Shown: piece by piece, positions 20,115 through 30,831 of the stretch
How the letters are laid out: the number at the start of each line of letters is the position of its first letter
Numbering within the stretch: the first letter of the stretch is position 1
IMG/VR virus record: IMGVR_UViG_3300029288_005750
Location: 10,813 to 74,812 of that record
DNA: 64,000 bases
Direction: 5' to 3' (one strand)
DNA from: a virus
Lineage: Duplodnaviria; Caudoviricetes
Program-made: the position numbers and the translations under genes
The notes under the pieces: model-generated
Seen by the model: the letters and a program-made list of their open reading frames with translations, nothing else
Told to the model about the DNA's origin: nothing
Databases searched by the model: none

Positions 20115-22016
20115 TTATGCTACACGAACTTTAATCTCTTTTTCATTATATCGAATTTCAAACATTGAAACGGGTGTACTATATATAGCATTATCAATTG
20201 GCTCTATTTGAGTTTTAAAAACACCCGAATTAATATCTTGTATTCTCTCTCCAGTTGCTTGAGAGCATAGAACTGAAGAATAAATCCCTCCTTCCAAATT
20301 ATAAAATCTTATATCTACAACATTAATAACACCAGGAACTTCTCTCAAAACATCTGTTAATTGTGATATATATATATGTTGATTCATTTGCCAATTATCA
20401 ATATTAAAAAATTCTTGAATTTTTGAAATTGCGTTTAATTTTACTTCACTTCCATTATATGTTTTATCTATAAACAAATCTGCTTGAACTTCTAAATTTA
20501 TAAATTTTCCATCATTAATTTCCACAAAATCATTAATCATTCTATAAGGAGTAAGGTATGTTACTAAATTTCTTTTTATTTCTCCTGTTGAAATTGTATT
20601 TAATTTTCCATTTGCATCTTTTGTTAAAATATATAGAATAATTTTATTATCACTTACCTCTCCATAAATTCTAAATGGACCTCCAAATTTTCCAGGAATT
20701 TGATATGCTCTTGAAATATAATCTTCTAATGTCACACATCTTTCTTGAGATGCAAAATTTGATGCGATAAAGTTTTTTATTTCACTAACAGTTGGTAACC
20801 CCCTTCCTCCTATTGCTGGAATTGGATTATTGGTTCTTATCGATGATAAAACTGCTTGATTAATTTGTGAGTCTGACCCTAAAATTACCCCATTTATATT
20901 ACTGACTGATTGCAACACTCCTTGGCCAACATTGCTTAAAGGACCACCACCAATTCTATATTTTATATATAATGTTGAATTGCCTGGTACTATTTCTCCC
21001 AATGATGGATTTAGTAATAATGATGATACATTTAAATTTGTGGTTATATCACAACAATTTTTATTTGTTAAATTTGTTAAATAATCTTGATATGAATTAT
21101 AATTTTCGTATCCTCCGCCGAAAGTTAGCTTGCAACTTCCATCAGACATAAATTCTTTAATAAATCTTTTAGAAATTTGTAAATATTTTCCTATTTTTAC
21201 TCCCCCAGTAGATGGCTCACTATCATCTTCCACAAATATTTTATCTGTTGCCAAATAATCAACTTCCCAATATCTTTTAGAAGTATTATGAAAATCTTCA
21301 TATGAAGGAGTTTTGTTTAGCCCAATACCAGACTCAATTATAACATCAACTATTTCCAAAACATTGTTTTCTGGTAAAGTAACTTGCATAAATGATTTTT
21401 CCTCTCCAGAAGCAATTTCAATTTTTAAAATTTTAGAAACCCCTGCTTTTACAACTTCTCTTTTTAAAATTCTATATTTTATAAGGTCTTGATTACCATT
21501 TAATACAGGTTGAATAGTTCTATTAGGTATTCCTTCTTCACTATAATCATTTGAAAAATCTACATCATAAACAGTTTCAAAAGTTTGTCCTCCTCCTCTA
21601 ATTTGAAGTCCTGGTCTTAAAATTGGAGCATATGTATAATCTGGGCCATTTGCTGTTGTTGGAACTTCTACTGTTATATCTACAACAGTAAGTGCCGGCC
21701 TTACTCCGGGGACTTTAAATCCAAAAGTTTTAGCCATTTTATATACAGAACTTCTTTGCTGCACTCCATCTATAAAAAGTTCATTATATTTTTTATCAAT
21801 TGAAAAAGACAATAAATCTCCCACATATGCATTTAATTCTAAAAGCGCCATGCCTGGAGAAGCAACATTAAAATCTTGCCATTGTTCTGGAAAGAATGCT
21901 TTTAAATAATTAATCAAATCTGTTCTTATTGTTTGAAAATCTCTACTCAAATAGTTTATTTGTTTAGTGCCTACTACTGATTGAGAAAATTGTGCATTTA
22001 AATTTAAATTTGCCAT
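20115..22016 (-). CDS. Baseplate wedge subunit (T4 gp6-like)
   Basis: INYLSRDFQTIRTDL...QDFNVASPGMALLELNAYVGDLLSF; YRIGGG; ASQERCVTLEDY motifs. Confidence 0.85.
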   Translation of the reverse strand: MANLNLNAQFSQSVVGTKQINYLSRDFQTIRTDLINYLKAFFPEQWQDFNVASPGMALLELNAYVGDLLSFSIDKKYNELFIDGVQQRSSVYKMAKTFGFKVPGVRPALTVVDITVEVPTTANGPDYTYAPILRPGLQIRGGGQTFETVYDVDFSNDYSEEGIPNRTIQPVLNGNQDLIKYRILKREVVKAGVSKILKIEIASGEEKSFMQVTLPENNVLEIVDVIIESGIGLNKTPSYEDFHNTSKRYWEVDYLATDKIFVEDDSEPSTGGVKIGKYLQISKRFIKEFMSDGSCKLTFGGGYENYNSYQDYLTNLTNKNCCDITTNLNVSSLLLNPSLGEIVPGNSTLYIKYRIGGGPLSNVGQGVLQSVSNINGVILGSDSQINQAVLSSIRTNNPIPAIGGRGLPTVSEIKNFIASNFASQERCVTLEDYISRAYQIPGKFGGPFRIYGEVSDNKIILYILTKDANGKLNTISTGEIKRNLVTYLTPYRMINDFVEINDGKFINLEVQADLFIDKTYNGSEVKLNAISKIQEFFNIDNWQMNQHIYISQLTDVLREVPGVINVVDIRFYNLEGGIYSSVLCSQATGERIQDINSGVFKTQIEPIDNAIYSTPVSMFEIRYNEKEIKVRVA

Positions 22017-22026
22017 TTTTATTTTT

Positions 22027-22407
22027 TTAAGATTGAATTACTAAATCTATAGAAACATTATCTTCTACTTTTAAATCAATAATAGTATAATAAAGCGTTA
22101 GATGTAAAAGATGAGCATCTTCATCAAAAACAAATTTTATGTTCTTAACTTCTATTTCTGGAAAAAACTCTATAAGTTTTTGCTTTAATTCACTAATTAA
22201 ACTAGCCTCACTTAATTCATCCCATATTTCCATAATATAATTATATAAAGGAGAATATAAAGAATTATTCATAACTCTATGCCCCTTTTTTAAGGTAAGA
22301 AATGACGTTAAATTAGCTTTTATAGCATCAATATCTATTTCTGTATATCCAAAAATTCCACCTTTATTTGTTTCTGTAAATGGAAAATTTATTCCTAATG
22401 ACTGCAT
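22027..22407 (-). CDS. Baseplate wedge/sheath initiator (gp25/GPW-like)
   Basis: GINFPF...AIKANLTSFLTLKKGHRVMN pattern; adjacent to the gp6-like gene. Confidence 0.8.
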   Translation of the reverse strand: MQSLGINFPFTETNKGGIFGYTEIDIDAIKANLTSFLTLKKGHRVMNNSLYSPLYNYIMEIWDELSEASLISELKQKLIEFFPEIEVKNIKFVFDEDAHLLHLTLYYTIIDLKVEDNVSIDLVIQS

Positions 22408-22424
22408 AATTTGTTTATTTTAAA

Positions 22425-22504
22425 TATAAATATTCTTTAAAAAAAAATAAACATTTATATTTATCATTGAGCATCTGAAAAAACAATAAAATAAGATATT
22501 TATA
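22425..22504. promoter_or_regulatory. Divergent pair of candidate late promoters (TATTTATA)
   Basis: Minus-strand TATTTATA at 22425-22432 before gp25; plus-strand TATTTATA at 22497-22504 before 22518. Confidence 0.6.
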
Positions 22505-22517
22505 AAAAAAAAAGAAA

Positions 22518-23936
22518 ATGTCAATTTTTAGAATTTATCCATCAAAAAGCAATACAATTGCTGGAAGTACTTTCAGCAGCTTAAACTCAGGACAAAACGC
22601 TGTAACAGATTTATGGTATGGTGGAGGTGGAACAGATACTGCTCCAGATAAAAGAAACTCAGTGAGTAGATTTATGATTAATTTCGATTTATCTAGTTTA
22701 CAACAAAAAATTAGTAATAAGGAAATTAATGACTCTTTAATAACATCATATAAATTAAAATTAAAAAATTCAAAGCCAAGAGACCTGGTTTTAGAAGACG
22801 ATTATGAATATGATATTTTATTTAAAAAAATAGCTACTTCGTTTGATTTAATTTGTTTTCCAGTAAATAAATATTGGGAGGAAGGAAGAGGATATGATTT
22901 AACCAAAGAAATATATATAGTAAAACAAAAAGGTAATGCACAATATTCTGGAGTTTCTAATTGGAATTATGCAACATCAACAATAACTTGGGACCAGCCA
23001 GGAATATTTACAAACCCAACAGCTTCTACTTCTTTTAATTCTACACAACATTTTGATAAGGGTGATGAGGATATTGATATGGATATAACAGATATTGTTA
23101 GAGATTGGTTAAGTGGTGGGTCAGAAAATTATGGTCTTGCAATAGCATATAGAAGAGATTATGAGTTACTAAGCACAAATACAAGATATATTTGTTCATT
23201 TTTTACAGAAAAGACAAATACAGCATTTAAGCCATATATAGAAGTTTCTTATAATCAGGTAATTCAAGATGACAGAAAACAAATAACAAATAATAGACCA
23301 TCTAATTTATTTTTATATACTTTTAGTGGTCACAATTTTGTAAATATAATAAATATTTCGGCGGTAACAGTTGATATAAAGAAAGGGGCAACTACTGTTT
23401 ACTCTGGATTAATACCTTCTCAATTATCTACTGGAGTATATTATATAAATGTTTGGATGTCTGCGGCAACAATTGGAGAAAAATACACAGATGTTTGGAA
23501 TAATATAAGTTTTAGTAATTATGATAATCAAAATATAGAACAAACTTTCCAAATACAAAAAAATTATTTTACATCAGTAAAACCATCTATAAATGAATAT
23601 GTTCTTGAGACATATGGAATTGAACAGGGTATGACAGTATTTCAAAATGAAAAGCTAAGAGTTTATTGCGATTTAAGAGTTAGTTTTAGCATTCAAAAAC
23701 CATCAACTCCTTACTCTTTACAATATAGACTAATTATGAATAATCAAACAGAAATTATTCCATGGACAGAAGTTAATCAAGCGGTAATAGATGATTGTAA
23801 AACAAATTATTTTGATATTGATGCTTCTTGGCTATTACACAATCAAACATATCAAATAAATTTTAAAATAAGTGAAATGGGAACAAATAGAATTATGCCA
23901 GAAAAAATAGATTTAAAAGTGCTAAAACCTTTTTAG
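22518..23936 (+). CDS. Virion protein with DNRLRE/CBM96-like domain
   Basis: SRFMINFDL...WEEGRG...MDITDIVRDWLSGGSENYGLAI...FFTE...KPYIEVSY pattern. Confidence 0.6.
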   Translation: MSIFRIYPSKSNTIAGSTFSSLNSGQNAVTDLWYGGGGTDTAPDKRNSVSRFMINFDLSSLQQKISNKEINDSLITSYKLKLKNSKPRDLVLEDDYEYDILFKKIATSFDLICFPVNKYWEEGRGYDLTKEIYIVKQKGNAQYSGVSNWNYATSTITWDQPGIFTNPTASTSFNSTQHFDKGDEDIDMDITDIVRDWLSGGSENYGLAIAYRRDYELLSTNTRYICSFFTEKTNTAFKPYIEVSYNQVIQDDRKQITNNRPSNLFLYTFSGHNFVNIINISAVTVDIKKGATTVYSGLIPSQLSTGVYYINVWMSAATIGEKYTDVWNNISFSNYDNQNIEQTFQIQKNYFTSVKPSINEYVLETYGIEQGMTVFQNEKLRVYCDLRVSFSIQKPSTPYSLQYRLIMNNQTEIIPWTEVNQAVIDDCKTNYFDIDASWLLHNQTYQINFKISEMGTNRIMPEKIDLKVLKPF

Positions 23937-25255
23937 TTAACTCTAATATGATTAGATATAAGATTTTGTAACCAGCCGTCAACGGTATATTTTTTTAATT
24001 CTTCTGATAAAGAAGTTTGTAATAAAGGTTTCTCTGGAGTGTGAATATGGTCAAGTAATAATCTAATTATTAAATCAAGCACTCTAATATTTTCATCTCC
24101 AAATGTAACAGGATGAAGTGAATCTGAAATTTTTTCAAAAGATTTTAAGTCTGCATTTTTTTCAAAAGGTTTTATATCATCACCTCTGAATTTGCCTCTA
24201 GGAGAATAAATGTTAATATTTGTAGAAATTAATGTTGCTTGAGAATATTTTTTTAATAAATTTTGATTATCTATTAAAGGTGGTGCAGTTATTGAGGGTG
24301 TTGATATTATATTATAATTTGCTGGTAAATTTTTAAATTCCTCTGTAGTAGAAGCAAAACTCCAATTTTTATATTTTTCTTTCGCTTCTTTAATTTTTTC
24401 ATTTAACCACACAACAGTCTGGTCTCTATTAATATAAGTATTTGTTTCGTTTTTTAATTCAAAATTATTTTTTACTTCTTTAATAATTATTGTTCCAGCA
24501 AATCTACTATTAGTATCAATTTTAATATCAACATTAATACTATTAATTATATTTGTAGAAGTTACTGTTGAAATTATTTCTGTATTTGTATTATCAAATT
24601 GTTTTAATTTTAAATAAGAAGGACATTCTATGTTTATATCAAAATTCTGACTACTAAATTTTCCAGCAATAAGTAATGCCTCTCTATTTTTTAATATTAA
24701 ATCAGCATCATTCCTTCCTTGGATTGCCACATCAGAATCCTCTGGAAAAACTTTAGAAAGTTCTATAGAACTTCCAATTTTTGTAGTTGATATAAAATTT
24801 GTTTTATTAAAAATTTTAGCAGAATCTTCATAGGATTGATATTTTAATTTCAATTTCGAAGACACAATAGGACCAATCCAATATCTAACTCCTGTGTTAT
24901 TTTTTGGATTTTCCATTATAACAAAAACCATTTCTCCGACTTGAGGTCTTACATGAAAAAATTCTGGCAGAAGTGGAACACATAAAACTAACATATTATC
25001 TGTTATTCCCCTATCTTTACCAGAATAATTGTTATAATTTTCTTCATTAGCAGAAGATGATTTTCCCTTTATTTTTCCATCATCTTCCAAAGAAACTATT
25101 CTTGCTCGTATTCTATTTTGTTCTGAATTATCATTAGTGCCATATGGCACAACAATAGCTGGATATATAATTCTATTGCTTTCTATTTCACTTCCATAAT
25201 TACCTTGACCAGAATTTTGAAGGGCTCTTTGCGCTAATAAATCATCTTTTGGCAT
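23933..25255 (-). CDS. Baseplate central spike/hub (gp5/gpV-like OB fold, C-terminal HxH)
   Basis: RIRARI...PLLPEFFHVRPQVGEMVFV...RYWIGP OB-fold-like N-terminus; C-terminal LLDHIHTP metal-apex motif. Confidence 0.65.
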   Translation of the reverse strand: MPKDDLLAQRALQNSGQGNYGSEIESNRIIYPAIVVPYGTNDNSEQNRIRARIVSLEDDGKIKGKSSSANEENYNNYSGKDRGITDNMLVLCVPLLPEFFHVRPQVGEMVFVIMENPKNNTGVRYWIGPIVSSKLKLKYQSYEDSAKIFNKTNFISTTKIGSSIELSKVFPEDSDVAIQGRNDADLILKNREALLIAGKFSSQNFDINIECPSYLKLKQFDNTNTEIISTVTSTNIINSINVDIKIDTNSRFAGTIIIKEVKNNFELKNETNTYINRDQTVVWLNEKIKEAKEKYKNWSFASTTEEFKNLPANYNIISTPSITAPPLIDNQNLLKKYSQATLISTNINIYSPRGKFRGDDIKPFEKNADLKSFEKISDSLHPVTFGDENIRVLDLIIRLLLDHIHTPEKPLLQTSLSEELKKYTVDGWLQNLISNHIRVN

Positions 25256-25257
25256 AA

Positions 25258-25416
25258 TTAGTTCTTTTTAATTTCTTCTACAATTTTTCTATATTTAAGT
25301 TCAATTATATCCATATCATCTAATATATTATAAACTATTAACTTTAATTCAGCATGTTGTTCTGCTAATTTTTTAGCATCTTCAATTAACTCTTGTTGAC
25401 TTTTTTTATTTTCCAT
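25258..25416 (-). CDS. Small coiled-coil hypothetical protein (52 aa)
   Basis: Not in ORF track; MENKKSQQELIEDAKKLAEQHAELKLIVYNILDDMDIIELKYRKIVEEIKKN fills the gap exactly. Confidence 0.7.
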   Translation of the reverse strand: MENKKSQQELIEDAKKLAEQHAELKLIVYNILDDMDIIELKYRKIVEEIKKN

Positions 25417-25417
25417 A

Positions 25418-25834
25418 TTATCTTGCTATTCCTATTCCATCTTGGGCAGTTATGGTTGCTCCAACAGCAGCCACGGGACCACCTGCATTAGCTCCGTTTG
25501 CATTAACAGTACCACCTGGAAATATGCCAACATCAACTCTCATATCATTTTGTATTGCATCAATTATTTCTTCACATAAAACAATGACAAAAGCTTCCAT
25601 TACGTTTTGTGCTCCATTTACAAGTGGACCACTTGGTAAACCAATTTCTTTAAATCTTGATACAATAGAGTTAGCTAAAACTTCAGCATTTAGTCCTGGT
25701 CTTACCTTTTCAGCTAAAATTTCATAAACATTTAATCCTCTATTTATTTCAGAAGCATCATTAATAAAAGTTAGCAATAAATCTGCAGTTTCTTCGGCCA
25801 CATTTAAACTTGAGTCTATATCTATAAATGCCAT
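25418..25834 (-). CDS. Hypothetical virion protein with Gly/Ala-rich C-terminus
   Basis: PGGTVNANGANAGGPVAAVG; upstream of the spike gene. Confidence 0.5.
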   Translation of the reverse strand: MAFIDIDSSLNVAEETADLLLTFINDASEINRGLNVYEILAEKVRPGLNAEVLANSIVSRFKEIGLPSGPLVNGAQNVMEAFVIVLCEEIIDAIQNDMRVDVGIFPGGTVNANGANAGGPVAAVGATITAQDGIGIAR

Positions 25835-25842
25835 AATAAAAA

Positions 25843-27288
25843 TTAAGTTATAGTTGGAACATTAATTACATTTTCTGAAGACTTAAGTGCTGGCATGATT
25901 TTCGTTATTAACTTAATTTGTCTTGCAGATTTATTGGCTTTTGCTGTTTGTTTACCTGGAATACTTGTTTCATATTTCTTTTTCATTTTTTCAATTTTTC
26001 TCTTAGCTCTTTCCTGTGCCCTTTTAGCTATGTATTTTTTAATCATTTTTTTTACTTTTTCAAGAACATATGCCAAAATAAAACCTATAGTCATATTTAA
26101 AATCAAATTGCATAGTATAGTCATTAAAGTAACTTTTTTCTTTTGCCCTGTAGTTAGGTTTTCTTTGTTATATCCTTTTATGATTTCACAACTTGTAGCT
26201 GGTACGAATTCCCCAATTCTTTTTCCTGTTAATTGGTCGGTTGTAACAGAACCTGGAAATACTGAATTTAATAGTCCATCAGTTAGCATTTGTAATGCGG
26301 CAGGTGCCATTCCCTGTGCTTCACCAGGAACAGCTCCAATAATACCTACAAAAAAAGGACTTAATAAACAAGTAATAGAAGAAATTAATGTTTCTAAAAA
26401 TTTTTGTGTAAAACTTTTTGCTCCAGAAGATGCATTCGATTGACTGTTTGCTCCTGTGGTTTGCTTTTGTATTTGATTTCCCACATAACTAAATACATTT
26501 GCCATTGCCTCTTGAGGGGTTACTGTTTCAGACCCTTGAAATCCTGGAGGCACAGTTTTAAATAAATACATCGGGTCATCTGGTAAATTAATTTTAACCC
26601 CTTGACAGGTAACTTGAAATGTTAAATTTCCATTTTTTACCTGTTCCATTTTCTGAAGTCTATTATATGATAAATCTCCAAAATTAATATTTGCTGGGCT
26701 TGAAACGCTAAAAATTTCATCTCCACCACAAATCGCTTCATCAAGAAGTTCATTTAGTCTATTCTCATCATTTACTAAACCATTTGTTCCAAAAGCTGCT
26801 TCTGGCTTTTTTGGCTTTCCAAAAATAAGAATCATGAGTTCTTGAATAATTCTAGTTTTTAAAGCCTCTACCACTGTTGTAAGTGTAACTTTTATTATCC
26901 CAGAATTCAGCCAATTATAATTTATATTTGTTAATTCTTTTTTTTGATTATCATTTAAATCTCCAGATGGCATGTCAAACATTACACTATTATCCAATTT
27001 TATCTTCATTGCGGTAGATAATTGAGCAGTACTACGCAATATTAATTCAACTAATTTTTCTGTTTTAAAAAGTTCATTGAGTAAAGCGGTAAGTAATAAT
27101 TGGGGGTCAATTCCCATTGCTCTTAAAACTTTTATTAAATAATCAAACATAGACATTTCATCTTCTTTTTTTATTTTAAATTTTTTAAAAAAAGATAAAT
27201 CAGTCAAATTTTTCATTGACCCAACTTGGGCAATCAACTTGGCTTGTGTCTCACTTAATGGTTGGTCTAAAGGTACTATATATGCCAT
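25843..27288 (-). CDS. Hypothetical helical protein
   Basis: 481-aa ORF; hydrophobic segment followed by a basic C-terminus. Confidence 0.5.
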   Translation of the reverse strand: MAYIVPLDQPLSETQAKLIAQVGSMKNLTDLSFFKKFKIKKEDEMSMFDYLIKVLRAMGIDPQLLLTALLNELFKTEKLVELILRSTAQLSTAMKIKLDNSVMFDMPSGDLNDNQKKELTNINYNWLNSGIIKVTLTTVVEALKTRIIQELMILIFGKPKKPEAAFGTNGLVNDENRLNELLDEAICGGDEIFSVSSPANINFGDLSYNRLQKMEQVKNGNLTFQVTCQGVKINLPDDPMYLFKTVPPGFQGSETVTPQEAMANVFSYVGNQIQKQTTGANSQSNASSGAKSFTQKFLETLISSITCLLSPFFVGIIGAVPGEAQGMAPAALQMLTDGLLNSVFPGSVTTDQLTGKRIGEFVPATSCEIIKGYNKENLTTGQKKKVTLMTILCNLILNMTIGFILAYVLEKVKKMIKKYIAKRAQERAKRKIEKMKKKYETSIPGKQTAKANKSARQIKLITKIMPALKSSENVINVPTIT

Positions 27289-27293
27289 TGTGT

Positions 27294-27653
27294 TTAATCA
27301 TTTTCTATGTTTCTCGATGTCCTACTTCTTTCTACTTCATCTATTTTATCAGAAATAGCAGTTTTCCAACCTTCAGGTAAACTTGCCGTAGCATCTTCTC
27401 CTGCTTCATCTTTATAAACAATGCTTTTGATTTCTTTAGCCACTAATGCTAATTCATTTGTAGAAAGCGAAGCTAAATTAAGAAATGCAACAGCATTTTT
27501 TCCCATTAATGTAAATTGCTCTGCAGTTTCCATCTGCTCATCTGCCTTCCTATATCTATCTAATGCTAATTCTCTTTCCTCAAGTTTGTTTTCAAAAACT
27601 TTTCTCATTAAATTTAGATAGCCATCTTTTGAAATTTCTAATTTTTCAGCCAT
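27294..27653 (-). CDS. Hypothetical protein
   Basis: 119-aa ORF with TATTTATA at 27667-27674. Confidence 0.55.
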   Translation of the reverse strand: MAEKLEISKDGYLNLMRKVFENKLEERELALDRYRKADEQMETAEQFTLMGKNAVAFLNLASLSTNELALVAKEIKSIVYKDEAGEDATASLPEGWKTAISDKIDEVERSRTSRNIEND

Positions 27654-27687
27654 AATTATTTTTTATTATAAATATGTGACTAAAAAA

Positions 27688-28707
27688 TTATTTTTCTCTT
27701 TTTTGTACAAATTCTTGCTTTAAAACCTTATATTCTATTCTAAATCTATGTAATGAATAAGTTATATCTTTTGTTTCTAATCCTGTATTTTCTTTTATCA
27801 ATTGATATACTTGATTTTTATTATAAACTCCTAAAATTTCATGATTTTTAAATATTTGAACAATTGCATCGCCCACCTTTTGGTCATTTTTAGATAAAGA
27901 ATTTTTATCTAATTCTGTTTCCATGGAATTAATAATAAAGTTAAATAAATCTTGTGAAGCATCATCTTTAACATAAGGTTTAGGGTCTTCAATTTTTTTA
28001 TTATCAGCCTCCTCTTTATTTGAATCATAATTATAAAGAATTTTTACATTTTTTACAAAGTCTTTTTTTTTACCTAAAAAATAATGTTTAGCTATAGTAC
28101 CAAAAAAAGAAAATGATTTTGTTTTTCTCCATGGATTAAAATTAGCAAATTTAAGATATAAAAAAGTATAGCAGTCTTTTTGCTGAGTTTTTGCATCTGT
28201 ATCTGGAGTAAATAATTTATAACTAAATAGAATATTCTCTACTAATTTTTTTAGTGGAGTTTCTATTTTCTCTTTAAAAATTCTTTCTCTTTTTTCAACA
28301 CGGTCTGGAATTAGTAAAACTTCATTCTTTCGTCTTTCCATTTCATCACAATAAGTTTTATTTACTGCTCTTTTGTTTTCTTTAGCTTCATCTTCTTCTT
28401 CTTTAATTCTATTTTCATAGAAAAATTCATTTAAGTATAAAAAATCAATAATTCCAGTTTCTGTGTCATCAGTCCAATAAGTTTTAACACTTTTTTCGTC
28501 AAGTATCAAACTGTCATTATCAGTAACCAATTCAGATTCTGATAAATTTTCTTCTTCAAAATCATTTGATAAATGGTTTTCATTTTCATCTGGTTCTTCA
28601 TAAAGAAAGCTTAAAATTACATCATCATCATTTTGGTCTTCAAGACTCTGTTTTTTTTTGTTTTTAACTGATTTTCTCTTCATAAATCTTGTCCCTATCT
28701 TCATCAA
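27688..28707 (-). CDS. Phage sigma factor (T4 gp55-like, sigma region 2) with acidic N-terminal extension
   Basis: LKKLVENI...LYLKFANFNPWRKTKSFSFFGTIAKHYFL resembles the sigma region 2.3/2.4 F-D/N-P...F-S/A-Y/F-F motif; possible start 28683. Confidence 0.6.
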   Translation of the reverse strand: MMKIGTRFMKRKSVKNKKKQSLEDQNDDDVILSFLYEEPDENENHLSNDFEEENLSESELVTDNDSLILDEKSVKTYWTDDTETGIIDFLYLNEFFYENRIKEEEDEAKENKRAVNKTYCDEMERRKNEVLLIPDRVEKRERIFKEKIETPLKKLVENILFSYKLFTPDTDAKTQQKDCYTFLYLKFANFNPWRKTKSFSFFGTIAKHYFLGKKKDFVKNVKILYNYDSNKEEADNKKIEDPKPYVKDDASQDLFNFIINSMETELDKNSLSKNDQKVGDAIVQIFKNHEILGVYNKNQVYQLIKENTGLETKDITYSLHRFRIEYKVLKQEFVQKREK

Positions 28708-29605
28708 AGAAATATTCTTTTTTAGCTAAATCCATCCAAAATTTTCCTTCGTTTGGAGTAACTCCACCTTTATCAGCCGAAATCTGCATAATATTATGTG
28801 GAATTTTGCAATATGTATGTTTAAACACATCATTACTTTTGATTTTAAATTCATACCCAATTCTTGGAATACACATTGCTTTTACTCCATTATAAATCAT
28901 TCTCATTAAAAATTCATAATAGTGACTTATTTTTATACTTTCTTTAAATGGATAATATTTATTGTCTTCTTTTTGCTCACTATATTCCTTTATTTCACTT
29001 ATTTTAAATATAGCACTTATTGGAACAATACAATTAAATCTATTTAATAAATTTATATCAACTTTTCCGGCCTCTTCTGAAAGTCCTTCAGCCCAAGGTG
29101 CCTCATTTAATAAACCACTAAAAATTCCATTTACCGTATTTCTTATAATTGGAAAAAAAATTGAAACATTTTTATTTTCTGATGCATAAAAACTAGCTTG
29201 CGCAAACCAATTTAGCCCAATTATATCATTTGGTTCTATTATTGAACAAAATTCATATTCATTTTCCAATGCAATATTAAATGCCTCATTAAATATTTTT
29301 GAAAAATTGTTACTATTTGAAGATTTCAAGAAATAATTTATTTTCCCATCAGTTTCTACTTTTTCTTCCTCTATTTCGTTTTTGTCATTCTTCTTTCTTA
29401 AAACAATCTTTGGTTTTTTTAAAGATTCTTCTAAAATATTAAGTTGCTCTTTTGAGAACGCTTCTGGGTATAACACCAATAAATCTACATCACATGTTTG
29501 TTTAGAAATACTATAAAAAGTTTCTTCTAATGTGATTAAATTACTCAAATCATCTATATATATAGAGACAAGTATATTACTATTTTTTAAGTCCTTCAAG
29601 TTCAT
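28664..29605 (-). CDS. Glycosyltransferase family 2-like protein
   Basis: TFYSISKQT; FSKIFNEAF; EFCSIIEPND (degenerate DxD); YEFLMRM...CIPRIGY. Confidence 0.6.
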   Translation of the reverse strand: MNLKDLKNSNILVSIYIDDLSNLITLEETFYSISKQTCDVDLLVLYPEAFSKEQLNILEESLKKPKIVLRKKNDKNEIEEEKVETDGKINYFLKSSNSNNFSKIFNEAFNIALENEYEFCSIIEPNDIIGLNWFAQASFYASENKNVSIFFPIIRNTVNGIFSGLLNEAPWAEGLSEEAGKVDINLLNRFNCIVPISAIFKISEIKEYSEQKEDNKYYPFKESIKISHYYEFLMRMIYNGVKAMCIPRIGYEFKIKSNDVFKHTYCKIPHNIMQISADKGGVTPNEGKFWMDLAKKEYFFDEDRDKIYEEKIS

Positions 29606-30767
29606 TTATTCTTTCGTTTTTATATTCATTAATAATATCTAAAATTCTTTCTTCTTCACCTGTTTCAGTGTATCTTTCAAGAGTCTTTTCGTAAGATTCT
29701 TGAATTTCTTGTACATCTAATTCCCCATTCAACCATTTATCAATAGCAATTCCTAAAAGTTCTGCTGTTTGGAAAATATCACCATTGACAGTCCAATATC
29801 CATTTTCTGCAGTCACATATTCTTTCCCTCCATATGAATTCCACCCAACAACATGAGTGCCGGACGCCATAGCTTCAAGAGGTAATGTTCCAAATCCAGC
29901 AATATCGTCAGTATATAAAACAAATGCACAATTTGATAATCTTTCTGAAAATTCTTTTCTTGATAATCCACTTAATTGAATAAATCTTACCCATCTTAAA
30001 TGAGGATAAAAAGCTTGAAATGTTTTAATAATATTAAAGGTTTTCATTTGATTTTCTTGCCCTCTATTTCCCATAAATCCAACCATTGGATATTTATCAG
30101 ATTTTTTTTCAGGTACTTTAAATAAATTTCTGTTAATTCCTTGTGATAAATTTTTTATTTTTAACCCAGGCATAACGGTATCAAGATATTCAGTTATTGC
30201 ATCTGAAACAGAAATTACATCAAATATCCCTAATCCTTGCCATGTTTCTCCAGTGTTTAAAGCATTAAGTACATAAAACCAACTTTGTGCTAAAACAATC
30301 TTTTTACAAGCTACTTGCATAGTTTTTTTCATTACATTTGGAAATCCTTCTGGAATTATAAAAAAATCTTCTGGGTTAATATTAAGCCCAGCGCATTCTT
30401 GTTCTATTCCATCATTATAAAGAATTTTTTTATCTCCTAAAGGAATAAATTCAATATTAGAATAATCAAAATCCAGCCAGGTTGGGTTAAATTTTTCAAA
30501 GACTGCAATTTCTTTATTTTTTTTCCTTGATTCTTCATAAGATGCTCTTTGGTCTTGTCTTGGTTCAAAAACTATTTTGGAATTATATCCAGCATCTTTT
30601 AAAATTTTTGCTAATTTAATTAAAACCCCAATACCGCCACTTGGACCATTTAATGGAGGGCAATAGAAATAATATTTTGATTCATTACTTCTAACTTTTT
30701 CAATTACAGATTCAACCAAAGCATTATGGTCAATTTGTGGTGTAACATCATTCATTTCTTTTTCCAT
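29580..30767 (-). CDS. Glycosyltransferase GT4/GT-B family
   Basis: PSGGIGVL; IIPEG; AGFGTLPLEAMASG acceptor/nucleotide motif. Confidence 0.8.
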   Translation of the reverse strand: MEKEMNDVTPQIDHNALVESVIEKVRSNESKYYFYCPPLNGPSGGIGVLIKLAKILKDAGYNSKIVFEPRQDQRASYEESRKKNKEIAVFEKFNPTWLDFDYSNIEFIPLGDKKILYNDGIEQECAGLNINPEDFFIIPEGFPNVMKKTMQVACKKIVLAQSWFYVLNALNTGETWQGLGIFDVISVSDAITEYLDTVMPGLKIKNLSQGINRNLFKVPEKKSDKYPMVGFMGNRGQENQMKTFNIIKTFQAFYPHLRWVRFIQLSGLSRKEFSERLSNCAFVLYTDDIAGFGTLPLEAMASGTHVVGWNSYGGKEYVTAENGYWTVNGDIFQTAELLGIAIDKWLNGELDVQEIQESYEKTLERYTETGEEERILDIINEYKNERINELEGLKK

Positions 30768-30831
30768 ATCAAATTTTTACATTTATTTAAACAAATTATA
30801 CTTATTTTTTAAGATAAAATAAACTGTTATT

